Assembly: GCA_049320885.1 (NCBI GenBank)
Contig: JBMORA010000032.1
Location: forward strand, 43,794-107,793
Source: Thermodesulfobacteriota bacterium
GTDB lineage: Bacteria; Desulfobacterota; Desulfobacteria; Desulfobacterales; SURF-7
Direction: 5' to 3'
Length of the DNA: 64,000 bases
The notes under the pieces were generated by a model. It was not told the origin of the DNA. It worked only from the letters and a program-made list of their open reading frames with translations, and did not search any database. The translations under genes were made by a program, and so were the position numbers. Each line of letters opens with the position of its first letter. The stretch's first letter is position 1. Positions 1-10,190 of this stretch are shown piece by piece.

Positions 1-1
1 T

Positions 2-1195
2 CTTGGCCTGGAACGTCTCGGCTTTCACATCCGCATCTTTTCCATGCGTCAGCCCCGGGAATCCTTTTGCCATGCCAGTGTCCGTAGGATCAGGGCCCGG
101 GCGGACTATCTCCCGGAAATGCTGGCGGCGGCCCCCCTGAACTTTTTCACCGCCAATGCGCTTCTGGCCTTTTGCCGGCCGAAGCGCTATGCGGCCGCGT
201 TCATGACGGCCCTGCGGCGTTACCGTCGAACCCGCAAAGCCGCGACCTGGAAACACCTGCTCCAGGCCGGGTATCTGGTAAAACGGCTGGCGCCGGACGC
301 CGGCGTCACGCATCTGCACGCCCATTTCGCCCATTCACCCGCTTCCGTGGCCATGTTCGCCTCCCTGCTGAGCGGGATACCCTATAGTTTCACCGCCCAT
401 GCCAAGGATATTTATACGTCGGACCCGGAACAACTCCGGGAAAAAATAAGCCGGGCCAAGATGGTCGTCACCTGCACCGAATACAACCGGCGCCATTTGC
501 TCGCCCTTTCGGCGGGTATTCATACCCCGATTCACCGCAGCTACCACGGGATCGACACGGGGATGTTTGCACCGGAAAAATCATCGAACCAGCCCCCCGG
601 TCCCCCGTTCCGGATTCTCACCGTGGCCCGTCTGATTCCCAAAAAAGGCCTTCCGACCGTCTATCACGCAGTGAAACGTATTCAAGAACAAGGACTTGCC
701 GTTGAACACGACCTGATCGGCGATGGCGATGATCGTGACAAAATTCTGGGATTGATCGCCAAGCTGGGCCTGTCGTCCATCGCCCGCTGGCGCGGAACCC
801 TCCCCCATCATCAGGTGTTGGAATACTACAAGCGCGCCGATCTGTTTGTCCTGGGTTGTGAAATCGCGCCCAACGGCGACCGGGACGGTATTCCCAATGT
901 CTTGATCGAAAGCATGGCCATGGGGGTTCCGGTAGTGGCCACAACCGTATCGGCCATTCCCGAACTCGTGGTGCATGGGCGCACCGGACTGCTCGTATCT
1001 CCCGGCGAACCGGAAGAAATGGCCCGGGCCATGACCACCCTTTTGACCGACAACCGGCTGCGAAACACCATCATTTCGGAGGCCCGCCAGGCGGTGCGGA
1101 AAAAATTCGACAACCGGACCCTGATCCATGAAATGGCGGAACTGTATGGCCGCGTCATGGAAACGCGAATCCGAACCGCCAGGCGTTACGGATAG
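2..1195 (+). CDS. Glycosyltransferase family 4 (GT-B), 5'-truncated by window edge
   Basis: Frame is open from position 2 (LGLERLGFHIRIFSMRQPRE...). Motifs HLHAHFAHSP, FTAHAKDIY, VARLIPKKG and DRDGIPNVLIESMAMGVPVV are typical of GT4. Confidence 0.9.
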   Translation, partial: LGLERLGFHIRIFSMRQPRESFCHASVRRIRARADYLPEMLAAAPLNFFTANALLAFCRPKRYAAAFMTALRRYRRTRKAATWKHLLQAGYLVKRLAPDAGVTHLHAHFAHSPASVAMFASLLSGIPYSFTAHAKDIYTSDPEQLREKISRAKMVVTCTEYNRRHLLALSAGIHTPIHRSYHGIDTGMFAPEKSSNQPPGPPFRILTVARLIPKKGLPTVYHAVKRIQEQGLAVEHDLIGDGDDRDKILGLIAKLGLSSIARWRGTLPHHQVLEYYKRADLFVLGCEIAPNGDRDGIPNVLIESMAMGVPVVATTVSAIPELVVHGRTGLLVSPGEPEEMARAMTTLLTDNRLRNTIISEARQAVRKKFDNRTLIHEMAELYGRVMETRIRTARRYG

Positions 1196-1207
1196 AAGGG
1201 GCGGGCC

Positions 1208-1852
1208 ATGGGAATGGACGGACCGCCGGGAACGACTTTCGGCCTGCTGCGACACGGTCAAACCATCTGGAACCGGGAGGGACGGATTCAGGGGCAAGAC
1301 GATTCTCCCCTGTCCCCGGAGGGTGAACGCCAGTGCCTTGCCTGGGGAAAACGCCTGCGGGAATTCCCATGGGAAAGAATCCTTGTCAGCGATCTGGGGC
1401 GGGCCCGCCGGACCGCCGACCTGGTCAACGAATCCCTCGGTGTTCCTGTCACCGTGGATCAGCGCCTGCGGGAGCAGGACTGGGGCCGCTGGAGAGGGTT
1501 GACCCTCCGGCAGATCACCACGGACAGCGCGGACGAACTGGAACGCCAGGTCAACGCCGGCTGGCATTTCCGCCCTCCGGACGGGGAAAACCGGCTTCAC
1601 CTGCTGGAACGCAGCCGACTGGCGCTGGCGGACGCGGCCAGGCAGTATGAAGGTCAGACCATCCTGGTGATCACCCACGAGGGGGTTATCAAGGCCTTGC
1701 TGAACCGGCTCAGCAACCGGATGTTTCTGCCGGGGGAAGGCCCGCTGATGGAGCCGCTGCATCTCCATTTCCTCCGGCACGACGGCCGGGAACTCCATCT
1801 GCTTCAAATCAACGCCGTTCCGCTGAAAAATGCGGAAACCGACACCGGGTGA
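1208..1852 (+). CDS. Histidine phosphatase (phosphoglycerate mutase-like) family protein
   Basis: LLRHGQT catalytic motif, SDLGRARRTA, LREQDWGRW and ILVITHEG. Confidence 0.9.
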   Translation: MGMDGPPGTTFGLLRHGQTIWNREGRIQGQDDSPLSPEGERQCLAWGKRLREFPWERILVSDLGRARRTADLVNESLGVPVTVDQRLREQDWGRWRGLTLRQITTDSADELERQVNAGWHFRPPDGENRLHLLERSRLALADAARQYEGQTILVITHEGVIKALLNRLSNRMFLPGEGPLMEPLHLHFLRHDGRELHLLQINAVPLKNAETDTG

Positions 1853-1897
1853 GCATCCCCGGCAACGCTGGACTCCGACCATATCCCCACCGCCAGG

Positions 1898-3064
1898 ATG
1901 AAAATTCTCCAATATTGTCAATATATTCTCGGAATCGGACACCTCTGCCGCAGCCTGGAAATCAGTCGCGGCTTTGCCGGGCATGACGTGGTTCTGGTCA
2001 CCGGCGGCCGGGATTTCCCTGTCGCTCTTCCGGAACGGGTGCGCGAACACCGGCTGCCGGCCCTGGTGATGGACGCCGAATTCAGCGGACTCAAAACTCC
2101 CGACCAGAAAAGATCCCTGGAGGCCATCAAGCTCCTGCGGCGGGCGCGCCTGACGGAAATCTTTCAAGCGGAAAAACCGGACGCGCTGCTGGTGGAGCTG
2201 TATCCCTTCGGACGCAAGGCCTTTCGTTTCGAGCTCGACCCGCTGCTGGAAGGCATCCGCAACGGAAGCCTGCACCGCTGTCTCGTTTTTTGCAGTCTGC
2301 GGGACATCCTGGTGGAAAAGGACAATTCCCGGAAGCACGAGCACCGGGCCGTGGACATCCTCAACCGGCTGTTCGACGGCCTGCTGGTGCATGCCGACCC
2401 GGACCTGATACCCCTGGACCGGACCTTTTCCCTGGCGACCGACATCGCCATCCCCCTGGACTATACCGGCTTCGTCTGCCCCGGCCCCTCGGCTCCCGCC
2501 GGGCTCAGGGCCCGGCTGGGAATCAGTCCCCGGGAAAAATGGATTGTCGCCAGCGCCGGCGGCGGGCAGGTGGGCGGCCCCCTGCTGACGGCCGTCATGG
2601 AAGCCGCCCGAAAACTGGCGGCGGACATACCTGTCCGGCTGCAGGTCTTTACCGGTCCGTTTCTGAACCAGCTGGAATATCAACTCCTGTCGTCCGGCCG
2701 GAATCATCATATCCGCGTCCAGCGGTTTACGGACCGCTTTCCGGCCTACCTCGCGGAAGCCGACCTGTCCATCAGCATGGCCGGCTACAACACCTGCATG
2801 AACATACTGGCCGCCGGGATTCCAGCCCTGGTCTGGCCTTTTCCCCAAAACCGGGAGCAACGCCTGCGGGCCGAAGCCCTGGCGGACCGGGGACTGCTCG
2901 GTGTCCTTTCCGAAACGGATCTGTCGGCTGACGGCATGGCCAATCGGATCCGGCAGGCCCTGAACCAGGGCCGTCCACCCGCAACCACGCTCCGGATCAA
3001 CGGAGCGGAGGAGACCCGCCGTGTCGTGGAGGAACGGATCCGGAAACGGGAGGCCATTGCATGA
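1898..3064 (+). CDS. Predicted glycosyltransferase (GT28 C-terminal-like, COG4671-type)
   Basis: N-terminal YCQYILGIGHL, VELYPFGR, SAGGG, SISMAGYNT and PFPQNREQ. Confidence 0.8.
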   Translation: MKILQYCQYILGIGHLCRSLEISRGFAGHDVVLVTGGRDFPVALPERVREHRLPALVMDAEFSGLKTPDQKRSLEAIKLLRRARLTEIFQAEKPDALLVELYPFGRKAFRFELDPLLEGIRNGSLHRCLVFCSLRDILVEKDNSRKHEHRAVDILNRLFDGLLVHADPDLIPLDRTFSLATDIAIPLDYTGFVCPGPSAPAGLRARLGISPREKWIVASAGGGQVGGPLLTAVMEAARKLAADIPVRLQVFTGPFLNQLEYQLLSSGRNHHIRVQRFTDRFPAYLAEADLSISMAGYNTCMNILAAGIPALVWPFPQNREQRLRAEALADRGLLGVLSETDLSADGMANRIRQALNQGRPPATTLRINGAEETRRVVEERIRKREAIA

Positions 3065-3903
3065 CGCCCGGCGTTTCAGCCCTCTGGCGCAAGCCCCTCC
3101 CGAAGGATCTCGCTTCCCGCCTGGATGAAAGGCTGAGCCGGGTGCTGGGACGGAAAGACCGCCGCCGTCCCATCCAGGTTTTTTTCAGGGCCGACGATAT
3201 CGGAGTTCCCGGCGAGCAGGTTTACCGGTTGATCCGCCTGTTCCTGAAATACCGCAGCCCCCTGAACCTGGCCGTGGTGCCGGCATGGCTGACGGCGCCC
3301 CGGTGGCGGAAACTCCGGGAAGCGGGGGCAGCCCATCCGGAACTCTGGTGCTGGCACCAGCATGGATGGCGGCATGTCAACCATGAACCGTCCGGAAAAA
3401 AGCAGGAATTCGGCCCGGCCAGATCCCGGCACCGTATCCGGAAGGATCTGGCCGCCGGGTTCCGCCGGCTGGAAGAACTGCTGGGAAGGGATTTCACCCC
3501 GGTTTTTACCCCCCCGTGGAATCGCTGCAGCAGAGAAACCATCGCCGTACTGTCGGAACTCGGGTATGCGGCTTTTTCCGCAAGCCCCGCTGTCTCCGAA
3601 GGATCCCCGTTTGCGGAGCCGTTGCCGAATTTTTGTGTTCAGGTGGACCTGCACACCCGCAAGGAATCCCGGGCGGACCGGGACTGGATAGCGCTGCTGG
3701 CCGAGCTGGAATCCGCTCTTTCCCAGAACCGCTGCGGAATCGTCATCCATCACCGACGGATGAACGACCAGGCTTTCCGGTTTCTGGAAACACTGCTGGA
3801 GCGTTTTGCCTTTCTGCCGGAAATCCGCATCCACCGCTTTACCGACATGCGGCGCATGGCCGCGCCGCCGTTTCCGGAGATGAAGGGGACCCCATCATGG
3901 TGA
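3061..3903 (+). CDS. Polysaccharide deacetylase (NodB/CE4-like) family protein
   Basis: FFRADD, HQHGWRH and FTPPWNR motifs. ATGA overlap with the upstream gene. Confidence 0.8.
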   Translation: MTPGVSALWRKPLPKDLASRLDERLSRVLGRKDRRRPIQVFFRADDIGVPGEQVYRLIRLFLKYRSPLNLAVVPAWLTAPRWRKLREAGAAHPELWCWHQHGWRHVNHEPSGKKQEFGPARSRHRIRKDLAAGFRRLEELLGRDFTPVFTPPWNRCSRETIAVLSELGYAAFSASPAVSEGSPFAEPLPNFCVQVDLHTRKESRADRDWIALLAELESALSQNRCGIVIHHRRMNDQAFRFLETLLERFAFLPEIRIHRFTDMRRMAAPPFPEMKGTPSW

Positions 3904-4586
3904 ATGCTGCGGAAACCCCGCACCCTGCCGACCGCGCCGACCGTCTTCTGGCCCTGCCCTTCGGCAAATCCGTCGCCATCGCCTTTCAAAGCATCCGGGT
4001 CCGCTTTCTGCGCTCTGCCATCACCGTGCTGAGCCTGGTTCTGGCCATCGCCTTTTTCTGTTTTCTGCGAATCAACGCCGACATCGCCGGCGGCATGCTG
4101 AAAACCGGAAATCCCGCCTTGCGGCTGGCCCTGGCGCGGGCCGGCCATGATGTCTCGCCGGACGCCGTCCGCATCGACAACACCCCGAAGCAGAAATGGA
4201 TCCTGTTTCTGTCCCTCCTGGTCTGCGTGGTGGGGATTGTCAACGCCCAACTGATGGCGGTCAGTGAACGCATCCGTGAAATCGGCACCATGAAGTGTCT
4301 GGGAGCCCTGGACCGTTTTATCCTGCGCCTTTTTCTTCTGGAAGCCGGCATGCAGGGGCTTGCCGGAGCCGGTCTTGGAGCCGTTGCCGGAACCCTCGCC
4401 GCGGTGGGGAGCAGCCTGATTCGTTTCGGATGGCCGGCCATCCAAGCCCTTCCCGTTCAACAGGCGCTGAAATCGTTCCTGATCTCCATTGGCATCGGTC
4501 TTGTTCTGAGCCTCCTGGGGGTCGTCTACCCGGCCGCCAAAGCCGCCCGGATGCAGCCGGTCGACGCCATGCGCCGGGAGCACTAG
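3897..4586 (+). CDS. FtsX/MacB-like ABC transporter permease
   Basis: ATG 3897 follows AAGGGGA. VGIVNAQLMAVSERIREIGTMKCLGA and YPAAKAARMQPVDAMR are FtsX/MacB signatures. Confidence 0.85.
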   Translation: MVNAAETPHPADRADRLLALPFGKSVAIAFQSIRVRFLRSAITVLSLVLAIAFFCFLRINADIAGGMLKTGNPALRLALARAGHDVSPDAVRIDNTPKQKWILFLSLLVCVVGIVNAQLMAVSERIREIGTMKCLGALDRFILRLFLLEAGMQGLAGAGLGAVAGTLAAVGSSLIRFGWPAIQALPVQQALKSFLISIGIGLVLSLLGVVYPAAKAARMQPVDAMRREH

Positions 4587-4627
4587 ATGGGATAGGCAGC
4601 CCCAAGGTGAAAGGTGAACAAACCGCC

Positions 4628-5389
4628 ATGACGGCTTCTCCGACCGATCGGCAAATCATCGTCCGCTTGATCGCCGTAACCAAGCAGTTCAAGCTGGGCA
4701 ATATCGAGCTTCCGGCCTTGAAAGGCGTCGACCTGGAGATCGCAAAGGGCCGCTACATCTCCATCATGGGGCCCTCCGGTTCCGGGAAGAGCACCCTTTT
4801 CAACATGATCGGCGGTCTCGACAAGCCCACTGCCGGGAAAGTGTTCATCGACGAGGTGGACATCGCCCAGCTGGACGCCTACGAGCTTGCCTGGCTGCGC
4901 TGCCGCAAGATCGGTTATATCTTCCAGACCTTCAATCTGATCCAGGTAATGACCGCCCTGGAAAATGTGACCCTGCCCATGATTTTTGCCGGAATGCCGG
5001 GGGAGCAGGCAACGAACAAGGGCATGGAACTGATGAAAATGGTAGGCCTGGACGACCGTTTCCGCCACAAGCCCAACGAACTCTCCGGCGGCCAGCAGCA
5101 ACGGGTGGCGGTGGCCCGGGCCCTGGCCAATGATCCCGCCATCATTCTGGCCGATGAACCCACCGGAAATCTCGATCTGGTTACCGGCGAGGAAATCATC
5201 AATCTCCTGAAACGCCTCAGCGAGGAACGCAGCGTCACCATCATATCCGCCACCCATGATTTCAAAATGCTGAATGTGTCCGACCAGGTGGTCTGGATCC
5301 GTGACGGCCGCATCGAGAAAATCGAAAACCGCGCCGAGCTGTCCATCTCCATCGGCCAAATCGATTCGCGTCCGCATGAAAAGGCCTAA
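4628..5389 (+). CDS. ABC transporter ATP-binding protein (LolD/MacB type)
   Basis: Walker A GPSGSGKS, signature LSGGQQQR, Walker B ILADEPTGNLD, H-loop ATHD. Confidence 0.95.
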   Translation: MTASPTDRQIIVRLIAVTKQFKLGNIELPALKGVDLEIAKGRYISIMGPSGSGKSTLFNMIGGLDKPTAGKVFIDEVDIAQLDAYELAWLRCRKIGYIFQTFNLIQVMTALENVTLPMIFAGMPGEQATNKGMELMKMVGLDDRFRHKPNELSGGQQQRVAVARALANDPAIILADEPTGNLDLVTGEEIINLLKRLSEERSVTIISATHDFKMLNVSDQVVWIRDGRIEKIENRAELSISIGQIDSRPHEKA

Positions 5390-8300
5390 ATCCATTCTGA
5401 GATCCAAGACCATTCGGGTTCTCGCCTGTCTGCCGGCGATCGCCTTCCTCGCCGCACCGGAATGCCGGGCCGACGCCCGGGAAGGGTTGATGCGCACCGT
5501 CGGGGAACTTGCCGCCGTTCAAGACCGCAGCACCGGCTCCCCGGGGTGCATCCGGGCGGCGGCTTTCATCCAGGCGGAGTTCCAGGCCGCTGGTGCAGGA
5601 CCGGTGGCGGTTCATCGTTTCACCGTTCCCGTGCGGCGCTGGGAAAAAAGCCGCCTGACGACCGAGGACGGACGAAGGCTCACGATCCATCCGCTGCTGT
5701 TAAACGCCGCGGCACCGGAAACATCGGCGGCCATGAATACCCTCGCTCAGCTGATCTATGTGGGACGGGGAGCCCTGGCGGATTTCAACCATCAACCCGT
5801 TAAAGACGCCATTGTCCTGATGGACATGGATTCGGGCGGGAACTGGCGGAATGCGGCGGCGCTGGGGGCCAGGGCCTTGATCTTCCTGGATGGCGGGATC
5901 AGCCGGGACGGGAACCCGGAGCCCACGCCCAACCTGTTCTACAAGGAAAAGATCGAACTCACGCCCCTTCATTTTCCCCGGTTCCGGGTTTCCCGTTCCG
6001 CCTTCAACGCCTGGCTGGGGAGGGACGCCGGCGACGGCCTGAAATCCCCACTGCCCAAAGCCACTCTGTTTTCCCGGATCGCCTGGGAAAACGTGGTGGC
6101 CGAAAATGTCTACACAAAAATCGAAGGCCGTGACCCGCGCCTGAAAAAAAACCTCCTGGTGGTCGAAGCTTTTTACGACAGCACGCCCCTGGTGGCCGGC
6201 CTGTCTCCCGGCGCGGATGAGGCTCTCGGCGTCGCCGGTCTCATTTCCCTGGCCGGATTTCTGAAAAAGCACCCGCCGGCCAGATCCGTTCTGCTGGTCG
6301 CCACGTCCGGACACGCCCAAACTCTTTCGGGATTCCGGGAACTGGTCTGGAGCCTGCGGAACGAGACGTCCTTCCAGGCCGAAAGGGAAAAACACCTGCG
6401 GCTGGAACTGGCGACCGCCGACCGGTGTCTCTCGACCCTTGAAAAGCTGGCCCGGCCGAATCTGCCGGACGATCTGTCCCATACGGATATCCAGGCGGCC
6501 ATAACGTCCCAGCTGAAAAACCGGATCGATTCCATTTCGCGGAAACTGATTCGTCTCCGCATGGATCCACAAAACCGGAACGATACGGAACGGACCCACC
6601 TCCTCGTTCAGGATCGACAGGCGCTCCAGCGGCTGGAGTGGAAAAACGACCTGTCCGTTCTCTCCCCGGAGGAAGTCATGAGAATCCGGGAACTGCTGCC
6701 GTCCGCCGTCCAGCAGCACCGCGACTACCGGGAAGCGGCCCGGCTGCAACTCGACCTGCTGGAAAGCTCCCGGATTTTCCAGGAATGTCTTGCAGGGCAA
6801 ACCATCTCCGCCGTCATTTGCCTCCATCTCTCCAGTCACGGGGATGGATTCGGCGCTTTCAATAAGGGCTGGCTGTATCCGCTCAAACCGACGGTGGACA
6901 GGCTCCGCGCATACGGCGCGTTGGAGCGGTGCCTGCAAGCCTGCGCCCTGAAAACAGCGGCATCCACGGGTCATCCCTCCATGCTGGCCGATACCCTGCG
7001 TCCCGGCAGCCTGAAAGACTGGCAAAGCTATCTGGCCGACCGGCCGGAGCTGGGCGGGGAGGTGGCTTCCCTGGCGGGCTATCCCGGCATAAGCCTGGTC
7101 ACGGTGCATGACGGCCGGTTTTTCTGGGGAACCCCGGATGATCTTCCCGGAAATATGGATTGGGAATACGCCGCCAGACAAAATGCGGCTGTCTGCTCCA
7201 TGATCCGGGACCTTGCCGCACACCCCGGCCTGGAATCCAATAAGCAGCCGGCCGACGGATTCAGCACCGTCAGCGGCCGGGTGCGCCGCATGCGCCATGG
7301 AGAACTCTTTGCGGACCGGCCCGTTGCCGGAGCATTGGTCATGGCCTTCCAGGGAACCAGTCGCTACTACGCCATGACCGACGCCCGGGGCGATTTCCAG
7401 CTGAAAGGCGTTTGCGACAAAAAACACGTTCTCGACAAGCTCATCATCGAAGCCTTTCATTTCCAGCCCGCAACCGGGAAAATCATTGCCGCCATCGACA
7501 AACGTCTCACGGGAAAAGACGCCTACCGCCTGAAAATCAAACGAAAGGACATGCGGACGGATCTAATCCTGTTCACCTGCCGTCAAACCACCCTGTTCGA
7601 CCTGTTGGAACCCCGCAATTTCAACTATATGACCAAGATCGAACTGCTCGACGGTTTTCGCGACGCCCCGCCCCTGACCTACAGTTACAGCCGCATCGAC
7701 ACCCGCTCCTCCTCCATGGCGGCGGTCTTCATGGAACCCCGCAGCCGGTTGAAAATCATCCTTTCCGACAACCTGCTTTCCAAAAAGTTGCTCCTGACCG
7801 GCACGGAACCTTCCCATCCCCAGGGAATCGGATATCGGGCGGAGGACTGGCCCTCCCTGACCTACGGCTCCTTCCGGGCCGCAACGGACATGTGGGCCCT
7901 GCTTTCCCCCCGCATTGCCAATCTCGAATCCCACGGCATCTTCGATGAGAGCATCCGGCGGATAGAAGACCGGGGCTTGAAAAGCCTAGCGGATGCCCGG
8001 CGGTATCTGGATGAAGGTTTGTACGACCGGTTCCACGGCGCCGCGTCAACAGCCCTGGCCCTTGCCAGCCGGGTTTACGACCAGGTGGATCGAACCCAGA
8101 AGGACGTTCTTTTCGGTGTTCTTTTTTACATCGCCTTCTTTGTACCCTTCGCCTTCTGCATGGAAAGGCTGCTGTTCGCATGCACGGATATTCACAAACG
8201 GATCCTGGCGTTCTGCGGGATTCTGGCGCTGCTTGTCGCCATCATCTATTGGGTCCACCCCGCATTTCAATTGGCCTACAACCCCCTGGTGGTCGTTCTG

Positions 8301-10190
8301 GCCTTTATTATCATCAGTCTTTCCCTCCTGGTGACCCTGATCATCTTTTTCCGGTTCGAGGCGGAAATGGCCCGCTTGCAACGCCACGCCAGTCCTTTGC
8401 ATTTAAGCGAAATCAGCCGCGGCAAGGCGTTTCTTGCGGCTTTCTTTCTCGGGGCGGACAACCTGAGAAGGCGGCCCCTGCGCACCGGCTTGACCTGTAT
8501 CACCCTGATCATCCTGACCTTCACCATCATGAGCTTCACCACCGTCAAAACCGCCCGCCACCATTCCCGGGTTCGCTTCCGGGACGACCCGGCTTATCAG
8601 GGCCTGCTGTTCAAAAAAGGCAACTGGCAGAGCCTGCCGCCGGAAACCGTGAGCGCCCTTGCCGGAGCCTTTTCCCACGGCGATATCATCGCCCCCCGGG
8701 TGTGGCTGGAGGCCGATGATCCCACCCGCCCGGCCCGGATTCCCATCGGACACGGGGACCGCGTCTTCGATGCCCGGGGAATGCTCGGGCTTGCGGAAAA
8801 CGAAGTCCACGTCACCGGAATGGCTCGCCTGCTCACCGGCGGCAGATGGTTTACGGCGAACGAGCGTCAGGCGGTGATCCTGCCGGACCGAATGGCCGCC
8901 CATCTCGGGATCGATCCGGAATCGCCGGAAGGCGCCAGCGTGCGAATCTGGGGCCGGCCCTTCGATGTGGTGGGCGTCTTTTCCGGCAGCCGGTTCCGGC
9001 GTTACGCGGACCTGGACGGCGAGCCGCTCACGCCGGTGACGTTTCCCGATGAAATCGTCACCGAGCTGAGCGAAGTCGAAATGGAAGCCGTGGAAGCCGG
9101 GGAGGACATCACCGATTTTCAAAGCCGCTACGAACACGTGGATGCCGACCTGACCGTCATCCTGCCGTTCCGGACGGTGGCCGCGGCAGGGGGGGCGCTG
9201 AAAAGCATCGCGGTGGGAATGCATCCGACGGCGGATATCGGCGCGATTGCCCGGAAAATGGTGGATCGTTTCGGCCTGTCCCTGTTCAGCGGCGAGGGGC
9301 GGAATGGGTACCTGCATCAGGGTGGAGATGCCATTCGCTACAGCGGTTCGCCGGATATCTTTATTCCCATATGCATTTCGATCCTCATCGTGCTGAACAC
9401 CATGATCGGCAGCGTCCATGAACGCAAGCGCGAAATCGGCATCTACACCTCCATCGGGCTGGCGCCTTCCCATGTCGCGTTTTTGTTCATCGCCGAAGCC
9501 CTGGCGTTCGCCGTCATCAGCGTCGTCATCGGTTATATCGTCGCCCAGATCAGCGCCACCCTCTTTGGGGGTATCTCCTTCTGGTCCGGCATCACGGTGA
9601 ACTACTCCTCTCTTTCGGGTGTGGCCGCCATGCTTCTGGTGGTCATGGTGGTGCTGGTCTCCGTGGTCTATCCGGCCAAAACAGCGGCAAGCATCGCCAT
9701 CCCGGATGTCAACCGTTCGTGGACCCTGCCCGAATCCAGGGACAGCGTCATGGAACTTTCCCTGCCGTTCATGATTCAATCCCGCGAGCTTTCAAGTGTC
9801 TGCAGCCATTTGCAGGCCTATTTCAAAGCCCACCAGGATGTCTCCCACGGCCTGTTTTCCACGGGCGAGATGACGACCGTCCATCCGGAAGCGTCTCCCG
9901 AATTCCACCCCCGGCCGGATGTCCCGGCCTGCGCCCAGCTGCGCCAGAAAGTCTGGCTGGCTCCTTTTGATTTCGGCATCATGCAGCTGGTGACCCTGTC
10001 GTTTCGTTCGTCCGGGAGCGGCTGCGGGATGCTGGAAATGACGGTCCGGCTGGAACGCAAATCCGGCGAGACCAATGCCTGGTGGCGGATCAACAAGGTC
10101 TTCCTCAACCGCCTGCGCAAGCAGCTGCTCATCTGGCGCTCCCTGGAAAAGGACGCCCGCTCCGGTTCCGGCGGCATATGTTATGACTGA
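5376..10190 (+). CDS. Large membrane protein: signal peptide, PA/M28-peptidase-like extracytoplasmic domain, TM block, FtsX-like permease domain
   Basis: 1604 aa from ATG 5376. DRSTGSPG, ENVYTKIEG, VEAFYDS and PGADEALG are M28-like. NTMIGSVHERKREIGIYTSIGL is FtsX-like. Several hydrophobic segments. Confidence 0.8.
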   Translation: MKRPKSILRSKTIRVLACLPAIAFLAAPECRADAREGLMRTVGELAAVQDRSTGSPGCIRAAAFIQAEFQAAGAGPVAVHRFTVPVRRWEKSRLTTEDGRRLTIHPLLLNAAAPETSAAMNTLAQLIYVGRGALADFNHQPVKDAIVLMDMDSGGNWRNAAALGARALIFLDGGISRDGNPEPTPNLFYKEKIELTPLHFPRFRVSRSAFNAWLGRDAGDGLKSPLPKATLFSRIAWENVVAENVYTKIEGRDPRLKKNLLVVEAFYDSTPLVAGLSPGADEALGVAGLISLAGFLKKHPPARSVLLVATSGHAQTLSGFRELVWSLRNETSFQAEREKHLRLELATADRCLSTLEKLARPNLPDDLSHTDIQAAITSQLKNRIDSISRKLIRLRMDPQNRNDTERTHLLVQDRQALQRLEWKNDLSVLSPEEVMRIRELLPSAVQQHRDYREAARLQLDLLESSRIFQECLAGQTISAVICLHLSSHGDGFGAFNKGWLYPLKPTVDRLRAYGALERCLQACALKTAASTGHPSMLADTLRPGSLKDWQSYLADRPELGGEVASLAGYPGISLVTVHDGRFFWGTPDDLPGNMDWEYAARQNAAVCSMIRDLAAHPGLESNKQPADGFSTVSGRVRRMRHGELFADRPVAGALVMAFQGTSRYYAMTDARGDFQLKGVCDKKHVLDKLIIEAFHFQPATGKIIAAIDKRLTGKDAYRLKIKRKDMRTDLILFTCRQTTLFDLLEPRNFNYMTKIELLDGFRDAPPLTYSYSRIDTRSSSMAAVFMEPRSRLKIILSDNLLSKKLLLTGTEPSHPQGIGYRAEDWPSLTYGSFRAATDMWALLSPRIANLESHGIFDESIRRIEDRGLKSLADARRYLDEGLYDRFHGAASTALALASRVYDQVDRTQKDVLFGVLFYIAFFVPFAFCMERLLFACTDIHKRILAFCGILALLVAIIYWVHPAFQLAYNPLVVVLAFIIISLSLLVTLIIFFRFEAEMARLQRHASPLHLSEISRGKAFLAAFFLGADNLRRRPLRTGLTCITLIILTFTIMSFTTVKTARHHSRVRFRDDPAYQGLLFKKGNWQSLPPETVSALAGAFSHGDIIAPRVWLEADDPTRPARIPIGHGDRVFDARGMLGLAENEVHVTGMARLLTGGRWFTANERQAVILPDRMAAHLGIDPESPEGASVRIWGRPFDVVGVFSGSRFRRYADLDGEPLTPVTFPDEIVTELSEVEMEAVEAGEDITDFQSRYEHVDADLTVILPFRTVAAAGGALKSIAVGMHPTADIGAIARKMVDRFGLSLFSGEGRNGYLHQGGDAIRYSGSPDIFIPICISILIVLNTMIGSVHERKREIGIYTSIGLAPSHVAFLFIAEALAFAVISVVIGYIVAQISATLFGGISFWSGITVNYSSLSGVAAMLLVVMVVLVSVVYPAKTAASIAIPDVNRSWTLPESRDSVMELSLPFMIQSRELSSVCSHLQAYFKAHQDVSHGLFSTGEMTTVHPEASPEFHPRPDVPACAQLRQKVWLAPFDFGIMQLVTLSFRSSGSGCGMLEMTVRLERKSGETNAWWRINKVFLNRLRKQLLIWRSLEKDARSGSGGICYD

